From positions 20,465 to 84,464 of the forward strand of contig JAFGCO010000065.1 in NCBI GenBank assembly GCA_016932575.1: a stretch of DNA of 64,000 nt. The letters run 5' to 3'. Positions 11,101-18,600 of the stretch are shown here, piece by piece. Source of the stretch: a bacterium (GTDB taxonomy: Bacteria; Zhuqueibacterota; QNDG01; JAFGCO01). The first letter of the stretch is position 1, and the number at the start of each line of letters is the position of its first letter. The position numbers and the translations under genes were made by a program. The notes under the pieces are model-generated. The model made no database searches. It was not told where the DNA came from and was given only the letters and a program-made list of their open reading frames with translations.

Positions 11101-12745
11101 ATATAAGAAATCCGTATCTGCCATTAGCAACAAACACTGTATCGCCGACAATATCCAGGCTGAAGGCTTCGATGTTATCCGTTAATGAATTGATCTGAAC
11201 AGGGGGGCCCGGCAGATCGATAATATTATACACATACACACCGCTGGAATCTGCCAAAAAGGCTCGATTGTCATGAACGATAATTTTCCTGGCAGATCCC
11301 GGTGTATTAATTTCATGCTTTTTTGTAAAATTAAAACCACTGTGCTCAATGACCATCATTCCAAGACCGCCGTAGGCCAGGAGTGCATAACTGCTGCCGT
11401 CTTCATTATAAATGGCCGCATCGTAACATGTATCGGTTTCGGAATTCCAGTATTGACCATACGATTCTGGAGAAGCAGGATTATCCATATACACAACATG
11501 CAGACCTTTCGATCCGTCCGCCAGGAATGCGAAACCGTCCTGAACCTGAACGCTTCTGACTTCACCGGGTGTATTGTATTCACTCAACAGTTCCAAATGA
11601 TCGAGAGTCTCTTCGTCATAATTCAGGTCAAATATTTTAAGTCCGGCATGCCCTGCTGCCACGTAAGCATAATGCTCATCCGTATCAACGTCATAAGCCA
11701 GATCAGAACTGGGCAGGATGCTCTCTATACTGATTTGGGAACCTTCCTGGACATCAGCCAGAACCAATCCGTTAGGACCGTCACATACATAAGCCGTATC
11801 TCCTTCCACCCAAATACGGTTCGAGATACCGTCAGTATCCAGGGGCGGAAATGGCAGAATTTGATTTTCAACAGTGACGGGATTCGAAACATCAATCGGT
11901 CCCCACACTCCATCATGTCCGCATACAATATATATATCACTTCCGGAATGACGCATATCAATCACATTCAGGGGTTGCGAATAATACCATCGGCCTTCTT
12001 CTTTTAAGTCCGAAGGATCCTGAATATCAATGATTCTTAATCCTCCCCACCCTGTTGCCGCATAGGCCATGCCGCCGATTGCAATCACATTCTGTGCCTT
12101 TGGTTCTGGCAATTGATAGCCGCTGAAAACAGAAGCAAAATCCAGTGAATCGAGCAAAACCGGGGTTTCTTTGACTTTTGTGCTAATCATAAACAGGCCG
12201 GATATGTCGGCAGCGACCAGTGCGAGCGTATCACGGACCACCCAGACATCACGGGCAGGCCTGCTGGTCGCATATCTTCCCTGAATATAAGGATCATATA
12301 TATTATTGACATTGATAATCAACATTCCCTGGGAGCCCGCAGCCACATATGCATGTTTGTAATTTTGACTCACGCCGGAAGCATATCCCCAGGTTCCAAT
12401 TTCACGAATACGGGTCAGCGTCTTGTTTATTGTATCCATCTGTACGATCTGAAGACCGGCATGACCGCAGGCTACATAAATATCCTGTAAATTGGAAACC
12501 ACCCAAATATCCTGTACAGCAGCTGGTAAAAGCAATTCCTTATAAAACTTCATTTCATGATTATCATGTTTATCCAGATATACCTGCAGATAGGCACCGT
12601 TGCCAACAAATGTAAAATCACCGCGCCGGAAAATGGCCTCACACCGGCCTTCAGCCCATCGGGCTTCACGTTCCACATTATCTTGACCCAATGCCCATTG
12701 AACACACAATGACAGGCTTATAAGTACGAAGATTTTTTTAAGCAT
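5180..12745 (-). CDS. Giant secreted surface protein A (~2521 aa). It has a signal peptide, an LVIVD-repeat beta-propeller, four [ASH/HYDIN-like Ig + LamG (Laminin_G_3-like)] modules, a conserved pre-CTD module and a type A T9SS C-terminal sorting domain.
   Basis: Start refined to the ATG ([21 protein letters not shown]) with GAGGAG 10 nt upstream; the track start is a TTG. LVIVD-like repeats: '[14 protein letters not shown]', '[16 protein letters not shown]', '[15 protein letters not shown]'. Ig-like modules: 'LEFGPV..', '[23 protein letters not shown]', '[18 protein letters not shown]', '[14 protein letters not shown]'. LamG modules: 'QWYHAALTW...LYLNG', 'QWYHVALVQ...LYING', 'QWYHVSVSL...FMING', 'AWHHMAFVY' plus 'IDE(V/I)R(L/I/F)S' motifs. 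CTD: '...[38 protein letters not shown]...[23 protein letters not shown]' (Por_Secre_tail/TIGR04183-like). Confidence 0.8.
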   Translation of the reverse strand: [2521 protein letters not shown]

Positions 12746-12790
12746 AGGTTGTGTTCTCCTCAAAATTCAAAACCATTATCCCGCCTATAA

Positions 12791-14164
12791 TCATTGTTCC
12801 GGTGGGCTCGGGGGTTCGGATAACATGTAAGGAATGATGGGAGCAGATGAAAAACTGGCTTCAACAAAAGGATTCCGAGAGTTCTGGCCGGGTAGTATCT
12901 GATTATTTTGCTGAACGCCCAACCATTGCAAACGGTTGTACGGGCTGACCAGGTCTGGTGGAGGCATAAAAACCAGTCGCGCTCTTCCCTTGGCTGTCGT
13001 TTCAACCATATGACGCACCTCGTAACTGACACGCATCTGATTATAATTGTGTGTGACTTCCCAAATATCCGGATTCACCATATAATCCCGTGCAGCAACA
13101 AAATCACCGTCATATTTTATTGCCCGATGAAAATAATTCTGGGCCAGTCTAAAACTGCTTTGATCCATCGCATCAAGGCCCTGGCAGTAGCTTAGAAACG
13201 CCGCTATATCCTCAGTGGGTATCTCTAAAAGTTCATTCCGCTCCTGATCTGTAATAAATATTCCAAAAAAATCAGAAATTCGCAGAGCCAATTCTTTCTC
13301 AATCTTGAAAAATCTCGCAATATTACCATCAAAATTCATGGTGGAGGCGATTGTATTGTTATCAGCCGCAACAATTTCAGCATCCAGTGTCATCTTTAAA
13401 TTATCTGTGATCAGGTATGATCCCCGAATGAGATACCGAACACCTAAGAGACGTGCAACTCTCTGCTGAACCTCCGGTTCACGAACGCTCATCGGATCAA
13501 GTCCCAACTCAGTCATCAAACTGTTGAGCAATGATCGATCAACCACAGTCAGATTCGATATGCATGAAAGATCCCGGACCAACAGATCAGCCAGACCTTT
13601 TTGCAATGGCGCCCACTCCGGATCATCACTCAGATTCAGAAAATAAGTTACAGCAACGCTGCTCTCAGGAAATTCATCAAATCGCCTGATATCTTCGCTT
13701 TCCATTGCTTTCTGCAATTCCCGGCGCACATGAACCTGTTTGATCCAATCGAGGCGTCCAAACATAAAGTAACGATAAGGATCATTTTCATTCAATGACG
13801 GGTAACTTTTATACGTGGCGATGGCAAGATCTTCCTGTCCCAAGGCCTCCTGACACATGGCTAGAAAAAATGCGGCTTTTCCATGTGCTGGATCCTTTTC
13901 CAAAACAGTTTTAAAAATCTTTGCAGCCGAGTTGTAACTCTGCTTATGCCAGTAGGCCACTCCAATACCGGTCACTGCCTCCCGATCGTACATGATAAAC
14001 CGTTTTCCGTCACGAATACGAGGCTGCAGCATTTTCAGATAATTCCGAATGGCCTGGTCATATTCTTTCTGGTCCAGAGCCTCTTCTGCTGCCTGGTATC
14101 TTGAAGTGGCGCATCCTGCCCATAAAAGGCAGAATATCAGGATGCTTGCAAGTTTCCATTTCAT
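12791..14164 (-). CDS. Lipoprotein A: an N-terminal TPR region plus a CsgG/LpoB/TolB-N-like 'AVxxFxN' domain, with a Pro-rich C-terminus.
   Basis: Lipobox 'LLWAGC|ATS'. TPR-like 'QKEYDQAIRNY...'. Motif 'SVAVTYFLNLSDDPEWAPLQKGLADLLVRDLSCISNLTVVDRSLLNSLMTELGL'. C-terminus '...SEPPSPPEQ'. It is paralogous to 22076..23518. Confidence 0.65.
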   Translation of the reverse strand: MKWKLASILIFCLLWAGCATSRYQAAEEALDQKEYDQAIRNYLKMLQPRIRDGKRFIMYDREAVTGIGVAYWHKQSYNSAAKIFKTVLEKDPAHGKAAFFLAMCQEALGQEDLAIATYKSYPSLNENDPYRYFMFGRLDWIKQVHVRRELQKAMESEDIRRFDEFPESSVAVTYFLNLSDDPEWAPLQKGLADLLVRDLSCISNLTVVDRSLLNSLMTELGLDPMSVREPEVQQRVARLLGVRYLIRGSYLITDNLKMTLDAEIVAADNNTIASTMNFDGNIARFFKIEKELALRISDFFGIFITDQERNELLEIPTEDIAAFLSYCQGLDAMDQSSFRLAQNYFHRAIKYDGDFVAARDYMVNPDIWEVTHNYNQMRVSYEVRHMVETTAKGRARLVFMPPPDLVSPYNRLQWLGVQQNNQILPGQNSRNPFVEASFSSAPIIPYMLSEPPSPPEQ

Positions 14165-14178
14165 AAAAACCTCTGCAT

Positions 14179-15279
14179 TTAGATTCTAAACTTCAAACTT
14201 GCCAAAATATCGATTCCTTCCACATCAATTTCCTTAAATGCCTTGATGCTGCCCATCAAATATTTCACATTGATTTTTCCTGTAACCGTCGGGCTGAATT
14301 GCTGCTGAGCTCCCATGCCAAAGCCGTAAATTGAAGCACTTCCGAACCCGTCTTCATTTTCGCCATAAAACCGGCCGTCCCACAACACTGAAAGCCCACC
14401 CCTGGGCCATTGTTTAAACTGCCATAATCCATCGGTCTCAAATTGGTCGCCGATCGTTTTTTTCGAAATTTTGGTCTGATTGGGAACAAACAGATCGTTT
14501 TTTCCCCTTTGGCGGAATCGCAGGGCGCCATAAATAAATCCGGATGTCATTTTGTAGGCAATTGATGTATTTATCAGAATTTTGTCTCCTGCATCTATAA
14601 AATCCTCACCCCCCAATTGATCGGCACTGTATATGGAGTAAACAATATCAGTGCTCCATTTTCCCTGTTTTCCGAGAGGCACACTGATTCCGGCAACCAC
14701 ATTGAATTCATCTCCGGGATCATACTCCTGATCAATATATTTCACCCATTGATAAGGGGACTTGATCATATAATTGAGCCCCAATCCGATTATCGAGCCT
14801 CCCTCCATGGGAAACGCCATTCCCCCGCCAGCTTTAAAGATCAATCCCTGACCATAGGAAGGCAGTCGGAATTTAAGAGCATTCTCACTCAATCCCTGCA
14901 CCAAACCGAATTCTTCAGCACTCAGTTCTGTTTTACCTGTGGGCAGGCCGATCCCGATATTGAACATAAAGCGTTCGTTTGCTGCAACATAGGTCGTTCG
15001 AATCCAGGTGTCTGACAGTCCGGAAATTGTGCTGTCTTTGTATGAAGCGGTTGCCGGTGAATTTGAAATGTTTAAATACCAGTTGGGCGAAATCGGATAA
15101 AAGCAGACAATCGGTGCGACTGTCTGACGCAGCGGATCATCCATATATTCATTTGTCCACTGTTGATAAGACAAACCGGTCGAGACAAATCCGCCGCTCT
15201 TCGGAGGAATCAACCCTTCTATTCCCAGAAGATAAGCCGGAATCAATATTAATAAAAATCCTTCTTTAAATTTATTCAT
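14179..15279 (-). CDS. Outer-membrane beta-barrel protein, paralog B (cassette partner of giant protein B).
   Basis: Start refined to MNKFKEGFLLILIPAYLLG (AAAGGA ribosome-binding site 7 nt upstream). C-terminus '...LASLKFRI'. It shares 'DGRFYGENEDG', 'YDPGDEFNV', 'GLPTGKTEL', 'PSYGQG' with 3988..5136. Confidence 0.55.
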   Translation of the reverse strand: MNKFKEGFLLILIPAYLLGIEGLIPPKSGGFVSTGLSYQQWTNEYMDDPLRQTVAPIVCFYPISPNWYLNISNSPATASYKDSTISGLSDTWIRTTYVAANERFMFNIGIGLPTGKTELSAEEFGLVQGLSENALKFRLPSYGQGLIFKAGGGMAFPMEGGSIIGLGLNYMIKSPYQWVKYIDQEYDPGDEFNVVAGISVPLGKQGKWSTDIVYSIYSADQLGGEDFIDAGDKILINTSIAYKMTSGFIYGALRFRQRGKNDLFVPNQTKISKKTIGDQFETDGLWQFKQWPRGGLSVLWDGRFYGENEDGFGSASIYGFGMGAQQQFSPTVTGKINVKYLMGSIKAFKEIDVEGIDILASLKFRI

Positions 15280-15308
15280 AATGAGTCCTTTACAGTATGA
15301 ACCAATCA

Positions 15309-15584
15309 TTACCCATATTTTTCTGGATAAAGAAGGGAATCAGTCAATATAAATATAGGTAAAATAGCAAATGACAAAACAACAATTCCAAATAAAGACC
15401 AAATTCTAAAATCCAATGCACAAAAGCCATTCATGAAATCGATGATAACGCTTGAAAACAAAACAAGAAGCCAAATATGAATGATCGGGCAATCTGATAT
15501 CACCAAAACGCAAATAAAATTTTGTTTGTCATTTGGATTTTTGTATTTATCTGTCATTTGGATTTTGTTTTTTTTATTTTTCAT
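15309..15584 (-). CDS. Possible small two-helix membrane protein (91 aa) between giant B and OMP B. It may equally be non-coding spacer.
   Basis: The ORF has two hydrophobic helices (HIWLLVLFSSVIIDF; LFGIVVLSFAILPIFIL). Its 5' end overlaps a 17-nt direct repeat, cassette A has no counterpart (10-bp gap there), and I see no clear ribosome-binding site. Confidence 0.2.
   Translation of the reverse strand: MKNKKNKIQMTDKYKNPNDKQNFICVLVISDCPIIHIWLLVLFSSVIIDFMNGFCALDFRIWSLFGIVVLSFAILPIFILTDSLLYPEKYG
15527..15568. repeat. Direct repeat TGTCATTTGGATTTT(T)G ×2, 26 bp apart, in an AT-rich stretch between giant B and OMP B.
   Basis: Read directly: '...tttgTTTGTCATTTGGATTTTTGtatttatcTGTCATTTGGATTTTGtttttttt...'. 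Confidence 0.5.
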
Positions 15585-15652
15585 ATAATATTGTTATTTT
15601 TCCCCGTCTGTCCAGTGATAAATTAAAGACATAGCTAAACGAGTGACAGGGA

Positions 15653-18600
15653 TCATTGAATCAGAATCATTTTTCGAATGGCTACACGACCCGGATACTC
15701 CAGCCGGTAAAAATAAACACCGCTGGAAACCCGTGTTCCGCGATCACTCACACCCGACCAGTGCAATTCATATTCACCTGAAGTCTGTTCTTCATTAACC
15801 AGTTGAGTGACCCTCTGTCCAAGCATATTAAATATGCTGAGACGGACACGCCCGCTTGCCGGCAGCGTGTATCGGATGGTGGTTTCCGGATTAAACGGAT
15901 TCGGATAATTCTGATAAAGATGAAATGCAATGGGAGCAATGACATTTTCCACCTGCTTTTCCACATATTCCGGCAAACCTGCAATACACTGAAATTTGCG
16001 GACATTCGGTGTATCCTTTCCGGTCACAATGGCATACTCATTTTTCGATATCATGTCGATAACCACGTTCTTATCTGGATCCACGAGCCGAACCTGCCAG
16101 TCTTCCGGCATGGATTGATGCAATATCCATTCGAATTCAACTAAGGATTTTTGCAGACGCGTCTCAACAACAACGTTCCAGGTGTATCCTTCATGATTGA
16201 TCTCTCGTATGTCGGCAGCATAGGTTCCGGGATGTTGTTTCCAGTCCGAATGATCAAAATACACGGAAATATAGTCTCCCATGGGCGGCGGTTCTGCACG
16301 ATCCCGAAGGTCCCATGCTTCCATTGCATCATGCCGGACGCCAAAAAAATTATCCAGGTCTTCGGCTGTTTCCGTTCTCGCTGAAAGCTGCCATACCCAG
16401 TCTGTTTTTATCATTTCATAAACAATGCTTCCCCTGACAGGTGCTTGTTTTGTCAAAGCTGCCGGTTCCCTTGGCGGAACATACAGATCCTGATAGGTCT
16501 GTGAAGCATTGTATATCCAATACCCGCCCCACGGTTCAAATACGGGCCAGTCGAGCCTGTATCCCTTGCCGTCATAATAATACAGGGTCTCAAGAGAATC
16601 AGAAGTAAGCGCACAGTCGTTCCAGTTCACCTGAAATGCAAACGGAGAACCGATCATATTCCACTGCGGCCGGATATGATACCGGCAGGGTGTTTCCGTG
16701 GATACCGAATATCCGGCACCGACATTCCAGCTTTTTTCACTTGCGGATATCAGCCAGAATGCCCTTCCCTGATCAAACGAAAAAATAAGGCTGTCCGCAT
16801 AGGAAAGGGTGTCGTCATACTCGCAATACATGGTATCTTTCCAGGTCAGGCAGCGCCATTTATACGGATCCCATGATCCAAGGTCGTCTTCCAGCACCGC
16901 TCCGGCATTGACATCATCCAGGTCTCCGGGAACGGATATCATGGTATATTTTTTTCCCGGCAGGGTTGTATCAGCCATCAGTGCGTTAAATCTTACCTGT
17001 TTGGTCAACGGTCGGTTCACAGGATCATACAGCGGGTGAGTATAGGTCTCACCGGAAACCGTCATTTCTACATAAAATTCCAATCCTCGTTCCGTTACTG
17101 ACGGTGCCGGAATCTCGACACTGTACTGGGTGCCGGTATCATCCCCTGCGACAGGTGTGGCCTGAAGGGTCTGATAAGACCGCTTTCCGCCCTGCCTGTA
17201 ATGCAGCCATACCTCCCTTCCGGCTTCACCCTCTGATGCAGGCAGGGTGATATCAACACTCTTAGGATTATTTTTTCTTGCATTTCCACTGATGGAGGCA
17301 AAAATACCTGTTCCTTTGAAAATCAAATCCCATGGCTGGCGCGCGATACTGGATATCCGGATCTCATCCATCTGCCCCTGGAAATATCCGGTTCTTTGGT
17401 TGGCTGCTGTTTCTCGAACACCGAAACACAGAGGACCGGAATTGCTGATATCTGTGTCGCCGGCTTCCCATTTACTTTGTATCTGGATTTCACCATCCAG
17501 ATACAGAGTGCCACGATGATTGGTCGTATCGTAAACAAAGGCCACATGGTGCCAGACTCCGTCCGCCACATAAGCGGTTCCCTTGCCAAAACCATGAAGA
17601 GACAACAGACCATTTGTATCGATGGACAAACCGTAATTGGCACGGTTATCTCCGCCCCGATACGGATCTTTGAAGAAAATCACCTGATTAAGTGTGTCTG
17701 TCTTAAAAAAACACTCGATGGTAAATGGTTCTGATGCCATATCGAAACGTAATCCTTCCGCATCATTCACAATGGCATAATCACTGAAGCCGTTAAATTC
17801 AAGCCCGCCGTCAAAATAGGCAGAGGCTGTCCGGCTGCCGTGCAGTGTGCCATTATATTTACCGGTGGCGTCTGCAACTGTATTGGCCGCGGCATCGCAA
17901 TGATAGAGCGCAATCGTGTAATCATCCAATGCATAAGGTGCTTTTGGACGGTAATCAATCCCGGCCGCAGTTAATACGATCTCATAAACAGGCATGTCCG
18001 GGTCATTACTGTGAATGCGAAGTGTGTCCTTTACGCTGACTGCTGTTTGGGGCACGAACCGTACTGTAACAGTAATGGTCTCATTCACCGTCAGTGTGTC
18101 GTGATCCGGACTGATTTCAAAAACGGATGTTCGGGTTGTCATACTGTTGATTATGAGCGGAAGAGCGCCAAAATTGGAAATTGCAAAGGTCCGGCTGCTG
18201 TCGCTCTCGATAAAAACGGTTCCAAAATCCAGTTGTTTGGTTGCAATTGCCAAATTTGGAATTCCGACATTCAATTCTTCAGGCTGCCGGTCGATATTTG
18301 AAAACCGGATTTCATCGAGATACCCGTTGAATCCACGGCCTGATCCATAAGCTCCGCCCATGGCCAGATCTGCCTTCGAACTGCGCAGGTTCCCGCTGAA
18401 GTCCGTTGAATCCACAATCACTCCATTCAGGTATAACCGTAATTTATATCGGTCCCAGGTCACGGCCATATGATACCATTTTTCAAGATCCATCTCAGAA
18501 TCAGGCGGGCCAAATAGTGAGAAAACCTTATTGTTGGCGGCATAAAATCGCACCACCAGTCCTTTCCCGGTGCTCAGCGTGTCATTGTACAGCACTTCGT

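Noticed and set aside
11273-12007. A 244-aa plus-strand ORF, and many 60–160-aa ORFs on both strands inside 5180..12745 and 15653..22039.
   Set aside because: They are antisense or out of frame within the giant genes, whose frames carry coherent domain repeats. They have no ribosome-binding sites and are the byproducts of stop-poor codon usage that one expects in long genes.
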